Virus record (IMG/VR): IMGVR_UViG_3300023257_000007
Coordinates: 62,001-126,000 of that record
Reading direction: 5' to 3' (one strand)
DNA length: 64,000 nt
The stretch's first letter is position 1, and every line of letters starts with the position of its first letter. Positions 27,113 to 36,284 of this stretch are shown in pieces. The position numbers and the translations under genes were made by a program. The notes below the pieces were generated by a model that had not been told where the DNA came from, made no database searches, and saw only the letters and a list, made by a program, of their open reading frames with translations.

Positions 27113-28369
27113 TTAAAATCCAATTTTATTTGAATTTGATGAAATAGCATGTTCTAGAATTTCATTATCCTTCTTTAAAGCATAAATATCAGCCAATGAC
27201 AATTTCTTATCTTTACTCTTATTTATCATACTAATGATGTCTTTCTCTTCAATTTCAATATTCTTAGCCAATATCAAAGATTCTTCTAAATCCAATTTAG
27301 CAAACTCTTTACGAGCAAGAAGTCTTTCTGGTCTCATTAAAGCACCATCAATATTCTTTACATCTGTATTAAATGTTGCTATAATTTGAACACCCAAAAT
27401 ATCATTTAATAAACCATCTGTTAAATTTAATAAATTAGTTATACCTATATTCCTTCCTGTTTGTCTAGATTCTAATAGTGGTTCAGCATCTTCTATTAAA
27501 ATAATACCTTTCTTATTATCAAATGAATTAGCCCAATCAGCTATAAAATTAATAAAACTTGGATCTGTTATAGAATCAACCATAGCTGGCGAAAAATATA
27601 GTATATTTGCATCTGATTTTGTTAATTCTTTTAAAAGTTGTCTTATATAAAAGGTTTTTCCTGTACCAGGCAAACCATGTAATAAAACTAATCCTTTAGT
27701 ATCTTTTTTCAGTTTACTAACTAATTTTTCATGAAATATGTCAAATCCAACACCATAATGTAAATCTGGAAAAGTCATATCTTGTATTTTATCATCTAAA
27801 TAAAAATCTTTAATAAAAAGTTCATTATTCTCCATTGAAACCATACTTATTGATATTCTTTCATCTTTATAATCAACTTTAACATTTTTAAAAATATCAA
27901 TTATCTTTTGATCTATTTCTTTTGATCTATTAGTTGAATTAAATGAAGGTTTTAAAATTTCATGATATTCAACTAATTTATCTCTCTTATTTTCAACACC
28001 TATATCAATTTTAGGATTATCAAAAAAATTAGAAGCAAAATCACTTTCTAATAAAAGTAAATACCCTTCATCAAGGTAAAATATTTCTTTTCTATCAATT
28101 GTTTTATTATATTTATAATAATGTGTACTATCTTCAAACAACTTTTCACATTTTGGAAATTTTTTCTCTATTTCAATCATAAGTTTATCATAAAAATAAA
28201 AATCAGCATCATGATTAAAATTTCTTATAAGTGAAGGTTTTTCTTTAAATCTTTCTAGATATTCTTGTAGAATATTAAATTCATCTGGATTCTTATTTCT
28301 ACCACTAGAAGTAGTAGATATTATTAAATCTGAATTCATTTTCTCCCAATCAATGAGATTATTTCCCAT
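27113..28369 (-). CDS. AAA ATPase (single AAA module)
   Basis: GLVLLHGLPGTGKT, LIEDAE, LLNLTDG, IATFN, DGALMRPERL; start placed at the ATG at 28369 rather than the track's 28447. Confidence 0.85.
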   Translation of the reverse strand: MGNNLIDWEKMNSDLIISTTSSGRNKNPDEFNILQEYLERFKEKPSLIRNFNHDADFYFYDKLMIEIEKKFPKCEKLFEDSTHYYKYNKTIDRKEIFYLDEGYLLLLESDFASNFFDNPKIDIGVENKRDKLVEYHEILKPSFNSTNRSKEIDQKIIDIFKNVKVDYKDERISISMVSMENNELFIKDFYLDDKIQDMTFPDLHYGVGFDIFHEKLVSKLKKDTKGLVLLHGLPGTGKTFYIRQLLKELTKSDANILYFSPAMVDSITDPSFINFIADWANSFDNKKGIILIEDAEPLLESRQTGRNIGITNLLNLTDGLLNDILGVQIIATFNTDVKNIDGALMRPERLLARKEFAKLDLEESLILAKNIEIEEKDIISMINKSKDKKLSLADIYALKKDNEILEHAISSNSNKIGF

Positions 28370-28430
28370 ATATAATTCTTTATTTTTTCCGTAAAATATA
28401 TTAAATAATACTTCAATTGTTTGTTTTTTT

Positions 28431-31400
28431 TTACAAATCCTGTTCATCTTGAACTGTTTGCCCCCTAATTAACCACTCATAATTTTGTGGTGATTTTGGT
28501 GAAAAAGAAAATCCTTTACCATTTTCTCTTGCAGCATTAAATTCTTCTGCTGTAGCATCAATAGACATTTTCAAAGGGCAAATACTTTGTAATCCTGGTA
28601 TAGGTATAGGAAGTGATGATGTTATCAATTCCAACACAAAACAAAATAATTCCATAACTACATTAAGATGCAATTTTGGTAAACCTATCATTGCAATTAA
28701 TTCCATTCTGTCCATAAGAGCCATTAAACCAGAACATTGAGATATTTGAAATTTTGACAAACCTTCTAATTTACTCATAGGCAAATTTACATTTGGTAAT
28801 TTTGCTTGTATCTTACCAAGATCAAACTTAGGAAATGAAGGTGTTGGTGGAGTTATATCAGATAATTCGAATATAATACTATTAATTTTGATACTTGGTA
28901 ATTTTAATTTAGTCAAAACCTGTGCCAAATCAACAGGTGATATTTGGAAATTAGGTGCATTAATACTTGGCAAGTTTAATGAATCAAGTGCTATATTAAA
29001 TTCTGGTATTGAAACATCTGGTAATTTTAGAGAAGAAAACGCGGCAGATAATTTCCCAATATTTAAAGGAATAGATTGTGGTAAATTTACATTAAGATTA
29101 GGTATATCAACATTTTTTAAATTAAATTTAGGATTATTTCTTGCTGTATCTAACATCTCATCATTAGTATCATCTATTCTCTTTTTAGTTTTATCCGCAA
29201 AAGGTTTCATCAAAGGCGATAAAATTTTCATTATCAAATCCCCAAAAAAATCTAAAGAAGGCATCAACATTTTAACAAGTTCTCCTATTTTCTTAATTGC
29301 TCCAGGGATATTGAGCATTAATACTTTTTTTACTATATCTAAAATTGTCATTACAATATTAATCATAAAATTTAAAGGGAACATAATTAAATTTCTAACT
29401 AAATCAATTGATGTAAATATAAACGAGGCTATCGGTGGTATACAAGGCATATCTTTAATAATATCATTTAATTTTGCAAAACTAGATGCTTTAAAATTAG
29501 GCATACCTGTATCAGGATCTCTAAAACCAGCCAATGGATCAGAATCACTTGATAGAGGTTTCAAACCAACATCAATTCTAAATGCATTATTTTCTAAAAT
29601 ACCAAAAATAGTTTCACCATTTGTTTCTCTTTCATTTGAAAGTCTTAAAATATCAGTAAAATCTACAGTTAAATTATCAACTGTTTCCATATATTCATTA
29701 TAATCTAAAACATAATCTAATCTTTGATGTGAAGTAAAAAATTGAATCTTATCTTTATAATTATAAATCAATTTGAAAAAATCCATTTTAAACTTTTTAT
29801 AATTATATCTAGTATACCCATCAATTGTAATATTCTGATTTTTAGTTGGATTTCCAAGTTCATCAGTATCTTTATGATACTTTTTATCTATTTTATAATT
29901 ATATCTACCACGATATGTTAAAGGAAGACCACCAGAACTTTTAATCCATGATAAATCATCTTTTATATATTTACCATTATCATCTATTCTATATTTAACA
30001 GTATTCCAAAAATTATATTCAAAGGTTTTCTTTAAAATATTATAAAATGTTATTCTATCATTTCCTAATAAACCTTCAGCGCCACGCCACGCAGAAAAAC
30101 TTTTAGGTTCATTTTTTATAATATTACCACTACTACCTTTTACTGGATATTTTTTCTTCATTATTCTTTGTGCTTCTTCAGGTAATTTATCCCAATTAGC
30201 CCAATCAAAACTTTCCAATAAAAAATATACTTTACTTCTAAAACCGTTATCATTATCCAATTGTGCATCAGTTATACTATTCCATAATCCATGTATTTCA
30301 TAAATATCACCTTCAATATTTTCTTCCTTTGTATCTAATTCAAAATTTTTAAAAAAATCCCAAGAATAATACCATTTAAAACCATTGACATCTAAACCAT
30401 TTTCTCTATAAAAATATGGTAAATATGGTTTACCATTTGGATCAGTATAATTTGCAATTTTCATAATATATTCAAATTGAGCAATAGGATCCTTAGTTAT
30501 ATTTTCAATCCAGTCAAATTCACTTATATCAATTTCTGGTAAATCACCTAAAACATTATTATCATCATTTGCAAAATATTCAGCAAGTTTATCTAATAAT
30601 TCTTGTGGCACAGGTAAATCACCTCTACCTAGAAATTTTTGAATCACTTCGAATGGTTTTGTTATTAAATCACCAATGTTTAAATCTATAAAATTAATAT
30701 CAAAATTAACATCAAGATCAGATGTTGGTAATTGAATTTCAGGTATTTTTAAACCAGGTAACTTAATTCCAAATTTTTCTAAAGACAAAGCATTAACACC
30801 TTTAAATAATTCAAACTTATCAAAACTTGGAAATTCAATTCCTGCAAACCCTAAAGGAAAAGAAGGTATAGGTAAAGATAAATAATTAAGAGGTTTTGCT
30901 AATAAATCTATAATAAATCCTTTAATGTCTGTTACTATTTTAATAAGAGGTTTTAAAACATCTATGATAATATTTTTAATTTTAATTATAATTTCTTGAG
31001 CAAATTTTATACCGTTTTTAATTCCTAATGATATTGTTGATGGTTTACTTAATTGTAATGCAATCCACGCAATATTTGGTATTTGTAGAGGATTTCCATA
31101 GAGATTCGCATCACCAAATTCCATATTAGCAAATAATCCAGATGATAAAAATGCAAAAGGTTCTAATAACTTAAGAAAATTTTCAATTGGAATACCAATT
31201 AACTTGTACAAAAATCTAATATAAATATCAAGTAAATTTCTAATACCGCCGCTTTGTTTAGGTAATTTATTTTTATCATCTCTAGTTAAATAACCATCAA
31301 TATCAGGAATCACATCATCAAGATTTTCAATAGGCATTGAAGTAATTTTAGTAATATTACATTCACTATCTTTCTCAATACTTGCAAAAACCAACGAAAG

Positions 31401-31490
31401 AAATTCATCTTTAATTCTTTCTAATTTAATAGGGAGTATTGTACTAGCACCAAATTCTACATTTACTGGCACATATGGAGGTCCTGACAT
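28431..31490 (-). CDS. Large late-expressed hypothetical protein (1019 aa), probably a virion component
   Basis: TATATA at 31511-31516; Pro/hydrophobic periodic blocks; located next to the tail module. Confidence 0.7.
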   Translation of the reverse strand: MSGPPYVPVNVEFGASTILPIKLERIKDEFLSLVFASIEKDSECNITKITSMPIENLDDVIPDIDGYLTRDDKNKLPKQSGGIRNLLDIYIRFLYKLIGIPIENFLKLLEPFAFLSSGLFANMEFGDANLYGNPLQIPNIAWIALQLSKPSTISLGIKNGIKFAQEIIIKIKNIIIDVLKPLIKIVTDIKGFIIDLLAKPLNYLSLPIPSFPLGFAGIEFPSFDKFELFKGVNALSLEKFGIKLPGLKIPEIQLPTSDLDVNFDINFIDLNIGDLITKPFEVIQKFLGRGDLPVPQELLDKLAEYFANDDNNVLGDLPEIDISEFDWIENITKDPIAQFEYIMKIANYTDPNGKPYLPYFYRENGLDVNGFKWYYSWDFFKNFELDTKEENIEGDIYEIHGLWNSITDAQLDNDNGFRSKVYFLLESFDWANWDKLPEEAQRIMKKKYPVKGSSGNIIKNEPKSFSAWRGAEGLLGNDRITFYNILKKTFEYNFWNTVKYRIDDNGKYIKDDLSWIKSSGGLPLTYRGRYNYKIDKKYHKDTDELGNPTKNQNITIDGYTRYNYKKFKMDFFKLIYNYKDKIQFFTSHQRLDYVLDYNEYMETVDNLTVDFTDILRLSNERETNGETIFGILENNAFRIDVGLKPLSSDSDPLAGFRDPDTGMPNFKASSFAKLNDIIKDMPCIPPIASFIFTSIDLVRNLIMFPLNFMINIVMTILDIVKKVLMLNIPGAIKKIGELVKMLMPSLDFFGDLIMKILSPLMKPFADKTKKRIDDTNDEMLDTARNNPKFNLKNVDIPNLNVNLPQSIPLNIGKLSAAFSSLKLPDVSIPEFNIALDSLNLPSINAPNFQISPVDLAQVLTKLKLPSIKINSIIFELSDITPPTPSFPKFDLGKIQAKLPNVNLPMSKLEGLSKFQISQCSGLMALMDRMELIAMIGLPKLHLNVVMELFCFVLELITSSLPIPIPGLQSICPLKMSIDATAEEFNAARENGKGFSFSPKSPQNYEWLIRGQTVQDEQDL

Positions 31491-31527
31491 TTATTAAATA
31501 TATTTTAAATTATATATTATTTAATCT

Positions 31528-32409
31528 CTATCCTTTAATGAAATTATTAAAAGTTTTTAAAAATTTACTTTCCAATTTAATTGGGAATTTTACTGGTTCT
31601 TGTAAAGTTGTTTGAGTAGTTTTAAATCTATTTAAACTATTACTTGTTACTAAATGTGTAAATAAACTCAATGTACTATTATTAATAGATTGAATAGCTA
31701 AATCAAATAATTCATCATTAGTATTTCTAAGAATTCTATCAAAAACCATTTGAATATCATTAGCATAATAAATATTTTCTTGTTCATCATCATAAAAATG
31801 AACTGTATTATATTGATCTTGTTTCAAAGGAATAAATTTTTCATTATCAATTTTCATACCAATTAAATGTTCTAATAATATTTCAGTTTTCTTTAAACTA
31901 GTGAGACTTGAATGTCTTGATTCTAATCTATCACCAACAAAATATATTTTAAATATACTAAGATCTATATCTTTTAAATATTTTCTTAAATCATTTAAAA
32001 GTTTTTGATAATGTTCTCTGTTATTTCTACCAGTTAATATTGCTATATCTACATTTTCATTGTCTTGTAAATGTCTAATATTATTAACTAAAAATTTAAT
32101 AGGAGTTTCATTTAATCTTTCTTCATCAAAAGTTTCAACAAATGAAACACCAAGATTTTCAATGGAAATAGTTCTTTTCTTTAGAATTTTATCAAAAAGT
32201 TTTCTACTTATATAATAATCATCATTATTATAACTTATACACAAATTATCATTTTTATATAGACCATTCTGAATCATAAACATATCATGTTTAGATAATT
32301 TAATAATTGGTATATTTGGTTTTCTTTTATCAATTATCCAAATCTTATTATCTAAATACCATAGAGTATTATCAAGGTCAAAAAAATGTATTTCTCTGTT
32401 TTCCATCAA
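31528..32409 (-). CDS. HAD-superfamily phosphatase-like protein
   Basis: HFFDLDNTLW (DxD), ILTGR, K, HFYDD. Confidence 0.7.
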   Translation of the reverse strand: MMENREIHFFDLDNTLWYLDNKIWIIDKRKPNIPIIKLSKHDMFMIQNGLYKNDNLCISYNNDDYYISRKLFDKILKKRTISIENLGVSFVETFDEERLNETPIKFLVNNIRHLQDNENVDIAILTGRNNREHYQKLLNDLRKYLKDIDLSIFKIYFVGDRLESRHSSLTSLKKTEILLEHLIGMKIDNEKFIPLKQDQYNTVHFYDDEQENIYYANDIQMVFDRILRNTNDELFDLAIQSINNSTLSLFTHLVTSNSLNRFKTTQTTLQEPVKFPIKLESKFLKTFNNFIKG

Positions 32410-32439
32410 TTATTTTGAGAATATTTTCTTTTATATATT

Positions 32440-32470
32440 AAAAAACCCATTTCATTTTGAAATGGGTTTT
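32440..32470. terminator. Intrinsic terminator hairpin
   Basis: aaaacccattt/aaatgggtttt inverted repeat. Confidence 0.7.
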
Positions 32471-32473
32471 TAT

Positions 32474-32716
32474 TTAAAATTTAGGAACATTGAAATTTGG
32501 AGTTTTAAAATTACCAGGATTAAAATTATTCATATTCGGAACTCTACTGGTTTGTTCTTTCTCAGATTTTCTTTGTCTCTCATTTTCTTCTTTATTTCTC
32601 TCATTCATGAGTTTGATAATTTCTTCAAACTCCCAATATGGCATATCATCCCATTTACTAAATGGTATATTTTTTTGCCACAAGAATTCAAATTTATTCT
32701 GAATCAAAGTTCTCAA
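32474..32716 (-). CDS. Baseplate hub assembly protein (T4 gp51-like)
   Basis: Short ORF after the gp26-like gene with DDMPYWEFE..I motif; TTG start overlapping the upstream ORF. Confidence 0.6.
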   Translation of the reverse strand: MRTLIQNKFEFLWQKNIPFSKWDDMPYWEFEEIIKLMNERNKEENERQRKSEKEQTSRVPNMNNFNPGNFKTPNFNVPKF

Positions 32717-33665
32717 AGAAATCTGGAATAACGAAAAGACTTGATGCGCCGTCGGGAAACGTCATTTCCGTGTGGACCTCCTCTCCACACGATGGACATT
32801 TCATTTTCAATCCTTTAAGACCAAACTCCATTAAATTTACTGCTTGATTTAAGATTTGAAATGTTTTCATATTCATTCGCTTAAACTCTTGTTCTTTTTC
32901 TTTAATACCATCATCTGAAATAGAAGATCTATCCCACAACATATATGGTATAATTTTCATAAAAGATACATTTGGATTTTGTTCACGTTGAACTTTACCT
33001 TTAATATTATCAAAAAATATTTCTTGTATTCCAATAGTTGGTGGAGCTAATCTATATTTTGCATCTTCAACATCAAATTCAAAGGCTCTAATATTTTGAT
33101 TATAATATTTTCCAAGTTTTTCAGACATTTCATGTTTCTCAAATGTACCATCTATTGTTTGTGATGATGTTGCTCGAAAAGGTATTTTAAAATCATGCGT
33201 ACAATATTTACATGTTACTTCTTTAGCAATTGAATTACCTTGTTGGAATGTTAATTCTCTGATCATAAAAATTAAAAACATTCTATCACCATCTTTAATA
33301 TCTTTATAAGAACCCATTGACCCATTTGGAAATAAAACTTTAATACAACCAGATAATAATTGGTTCATTTTTTCAGTAACATCCATTATATTTCTATCAT
33401 CCACAACTGAATATGCCTGTACTTCAGACACTGAAGCTGCTCTAATTTTAATTAGTGTTCCCGGTTTATAAAATATACCTAACGGTAAACTTGATATATC
33501 AACATTTAAATAACCTAATTCAGCGTTATCATTTTGTTTATTCATATTGGTAATTTCTTTTTTAATATCACCAATATCACTTTGTAATGAATCTTTTTCA
33601 TCACTATCAAGATAATTATTTAAATAATCCATTTCGTTTTTTTCTTTATCTTTATCATTTATCAT
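32694..33665 (-). CDS. Baseplate hub / tail assembly protein (T4 gp26-like)
   Basis: Two CxxC motifs (CKYC, CPSCG), D..FL...IRE, adjacent to the tail tube gene; TATATA at 33687-33692. Confidence 0.7.
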   Translation of the reverse strand: MINDKDKEKNEMDYLNNYLDSDEKDSLQSDIGDIKKEITNMNKQNDNAELGYLNVDISSLPLGIFYKPGTLIKIRAASVSEVQAYSVVDDRNIMDVTEKMNQLLSGCIKVLFPNGSMGSYKDIKDGDRMFLIFMIRELTFQQGNSIAKEVTCKYCTHDFKIPFRATSSQTIDGTFEKHEMSEKLGKYYNQNIRAFEFDVEDAKYRLAPPTIGIQEIFFDNIKGKVQREQNPNVSFMKIIPYMLWDRSSISDDGIKEKEQEFKRMNMKTFQILNQAVNLMEFGLKGLKMKCPSCGEEVHTEMTFPDGASSLFVIPDFFENFDSE

Positions 33666-33735
33666 TAAAAAATATTTATTTTTAATTATATATCCACCAT
33701 ATTCAATCCATCCATTAAAAAAAAATTTTAAATAT

Positions 33736-33763
33736 AAAAAATCCTCAATTTATTGAGGATTTT
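33736..33763 (-). terminator. Intrinsic terminator after the tail tube gene
   Basis: aaaatcctcaa/ttgaggatttt inverted repeat. Confidence 0.7.
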
Positions 33764-33785
33764 AAAAATATTATTTAAGTATTTA

Positions 33786-34412
33786 TTAATAGTAATAATC
33801 TTGCCAATAATCTACGACAAACTTAGCAGCAAAGTCATCAACAATTTCAGCTGAAGCCCAATCTAAAGCACCACCTTTAAAACCTTCAAAGCCTGTTAAT
33901 TGAGCATTATAATAAACAACTCTTCTTATAATATGACCTTCTCTGTCATGTACGTGAACTACAATTTGGCCAACCATGTTTCTCTTATAATGTAAAGAAC
34001 CATCTTCATTATTCCATGCTAAATCATACCAATCTTTTACAATTCTCCATGTAGGTATTTGAAATGGACCAGCACTTTGAGGTGAAGATGCCCATGATGG
34101 CATGTTCGTTGAATCACCCATTGATTGTTGATTCAAATTAAATTTAATACTAATATCTTTCAAAGACGTTTCGTTTGGCATACCCATATACTCACGAGTA
34201 CTATATTTATAACGTTGTTGTTTAGTTTCAATATCTGGATAACTAGGTAATGTCGCCGTAACAGCTTGTTGTGTTAAAAAGGCTACAGTTTCGCCTCCCC
34301 ACAAGTTCTGTAATGGTACAGGTAATACAAAAGTCACTTCAAATAGATTTTTATATACTGGTTCCCATAGCTCTCTTGCTGTTGTAATGTTATTAAAATG
34401 TGGTAATGGCAT
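33786..34412 (-). CDS. Tail tube protein (T4 gp19-like)
   Basis: EPVYKNLFEV.F, W..L, I.V..HDREG, LDW, F..DYW; follows the sheath gene; TATATA at 34447-34452. Confidence 0.82.
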   Translation of the reverse strand: MPLPHFNNITTARELWEPVYKNLFEVTFVLPVPLQNLWGGETVAFLTQQAVTATLPSYPDIETKQQRYKYSTREYMGMPNETSLKDISIKFNLNQQSMGDSTNMPSWASSPQSAGPFQIPTWRIVKDWYDLAWNNEDGSLHYKRNMVGQIVVHVHDREGHIIRRVVYYNAQLTGFEGFKGGALDWASAEIVDDFAAKFVVDYWQDYYY

Positions 34413-34478
34413 AATTTCATATTTATTTTTTATAAGTTCTTATTCCTATATATTAAATTTTCTTTCACAATTATATAT

Positions 34479-36200
34479 TTAATTCAAAAAACCATTTTTT
34501 AAAATACCCCACTCAAAACATATATGACCAGAATTATTTATTCTGTAAATACCCCTTTCTAACATTATATCATGCTCTGTTCTATTTGCATCATAACCAT
34601 CTTTAACCAATGTTTGTTTTCTATAATTATATCTATGCCTTCTAACACCATCAACTATGTAATGATAACCTGGTTTTGTTGTGTGACTCCTATTAAAATT
34701 TAAATTATCATAAAGATTGCCTTTACTCCAACTTCTATCAGCATAAGAAACTATTTTTTTCGGATCATAATTTTTAATAAAATATTTAAACAATTTACTA
34801 GCACCACCAACAATATTTGTGTTTAATTTGTTGCAAAACCTTAATAACTCAAAATCATATTTTTTAATAACACCTATACCCAATCTATTCTTACCAAACG
34901 TCATTAAAGAAACTAATTCATTTTCATAATATAATCCTAATTTAACACTAGATCCAACAAAACCTTGTATATGATTATTATCTAAAAATTCTCTTATTAG
35001 TTTATTATCGTTAATTTCCTTTATTTGTGTTTTTCTAGCATAAATTTTATTTGGTGTTTTACCTAATTTATTTAATATCATTGATTTAACTATATTTTGT
35101 TTATATTTCCAATCATCTTCATAAATATGGATTAATTGAATATCCTTTTCTTCACATTTTTCTGTTTTATTTAAATGATATCTATCAGATTTATATAATT
35201 CATTATGCCAATATAAACCATTAAATTCAAAAGCTAATTTTAAATCTGGTAAATAAATGTCTAATTCTAATGGCTTTATTATATTTCTTTTATTATTTAA
35301 AATTGTTTTGTCATAATTCGATTTAATATAATTTAAGAAATCAATTTCAAGTCCAGAAACTGATTTTAAAATAGGATTGCATTTAGTACATAACAAAGTA
35401 TTAGATCTTCGTCTACTATTCAAAAGAACATAACTTATTTCAAATTCGTGTCCTTTTTCACACATCATTAAATATTTTTTTTCTTCTAAATTTAAACTTA
35501 TTACATCATAATCTTCATAATATTTTAAATATTTATTCATGATTGTTTTTCTTAAACTTTTAATCATTCTGTCTTTTAAATCAATATTATGTAATGGTAC
35601 AATCACACCATATTTTTCTTTCATTGTTCTTTGTCTTTTAATTTTAACTAAATCCAATTTTGAAACATTATCAACTCCATATTTACTCAAACACGTTTCT
35701 TTATATCTATTATAAATTTCAACTGATTTTAATGGACTACTGACATTATAATTATCCTTTAGTGTTTTTAAAGATTTTTTATGAATTTCTTCATTTTGAA
35801 TAGGTGAATTATAACCATATTTTTTAATATTAGTTTTGATAATCTTTTCTTTTACTAAAATATTTTCTGATGGTGTTTTTGTACCAAATTTATCTAAACA
35901 TGTTTGCATTCTTTTATTTTTAACATGATTACTTTTATTCATGCATTTCTTAGAACAAAAAGTATAATATCCAATATTAGAATTCTTAAATTTGACAAAA
36001 TTACCACATTCACATATTACAATATTTTTAATATCATTATACCAATGATAAACTTGTTGCTTAAATGGTAAATCATCTAAACCATTTTCAATTACATATT
36101 TTTGTATTTCTTCTAGTATACTAGTAAAATACTTTTCGAGATAATTCTTTCTGAACATTTTACCAGATGAATCTAGATTTTCACTAAAAATACTTTTCAT
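34479..36200 (-). CDS. Putative homing endonuclease (CL.KYG repeats plus Hef/Vsr-like PD-(D/E)xK and GNAT-like C-terminal part)
   Basis: CECG..YTFCSKKC, CLDKFG/CLSKYG repeats, ELDIYLP..AFEFNGLYWH, IHIYEDDW, FL..NHIQG, ELLRFC, GGASKL, SYADR. Confidence 0.85.
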   Translation of the reverse strand: MKSIFSENLDSSGKMFRKNYLEKYFTSILEEIQKYVIENGLDDLPFKQQVYHWYNDIKNIVICECGNFVKFKNSNIGYYTFCSKKCMNKSNHVKNKRMQTCLDKFGTKTPSENILVKEKIIKTNIKKYGYNSPIQNEEIHKKSLKTLKDNYNVSSPLKSVEIYNRYKETCLSKYGVDNVSKLDLVKIKRQRTMKEKYGVIVPLHNIDLKDRMIKSLRKTIMNKYLKYYEDYDVISLNLEEKKYLMMCEKGHEFEISYVLLNSRRRSNTLLCTKCNPILKSVSGLEIDFLNYIKSNYDKTILNNKRNIIKPLELDIYLPDLKLAFEFNGLYWHNELYKSDRYHLNKTEKCEEKDIQLIHIYEDDWKYKQNIVKSMILNKLGKTPNKIYARKTQIKEINDNKLIREFLDNNHIQGFVGSSVKLGLYYENELVSLMTFGKNRLGIGVIKKYDFELLRFCNKLNTNIVGGASKLFKYFIKNYDPKKIVSYADRSWSKGNLYDNLNFNRSHTTKPGYHYIVDGVRRHRYNYRKQTLVKDGYDANRTEHDIMLERGIYRINNSGHICFEWGILKNGFLN

Positions 36201-36229
36201 AATAGGTTTCTTTTATTCCTATATATAAA

Positions 36230-36266
36230 AAATTAAGAGTTAAATGTATAATTTAACTCTTAATTT
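36230..36266. terminator. Perfect 16-bp hairpin between the sheath gene and the endonuclease
   Basis: aaattaagagttaaat-gtata-atttaactcttaattt. Confidence 0.6.
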
Positions 36267-36284
36267 ATTTTTATTTATTTGATT

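Noticed and set aside
28888-29703. 271-aa plus-strand ORF, plus other antisense ORFs (2394, 4010, 4973, 7329, 10891, 25541, 32462, 32490, 40560, 42902, 51943, 59338, 60747, 61628 etc.)
   Set aside because: Antisense shadows of well-supported genes, enriched in F/S/L/I as expected from the reverse complement of AT-rich coding DNA.
36230-36266. Hairpin as translational repressor of the 34479-36200 nuclease, by analogy with 18050-18104
   Set aside because: It lies upstream of the TATATA and does not include the start codon; a sheath-gene terminator explains it better.
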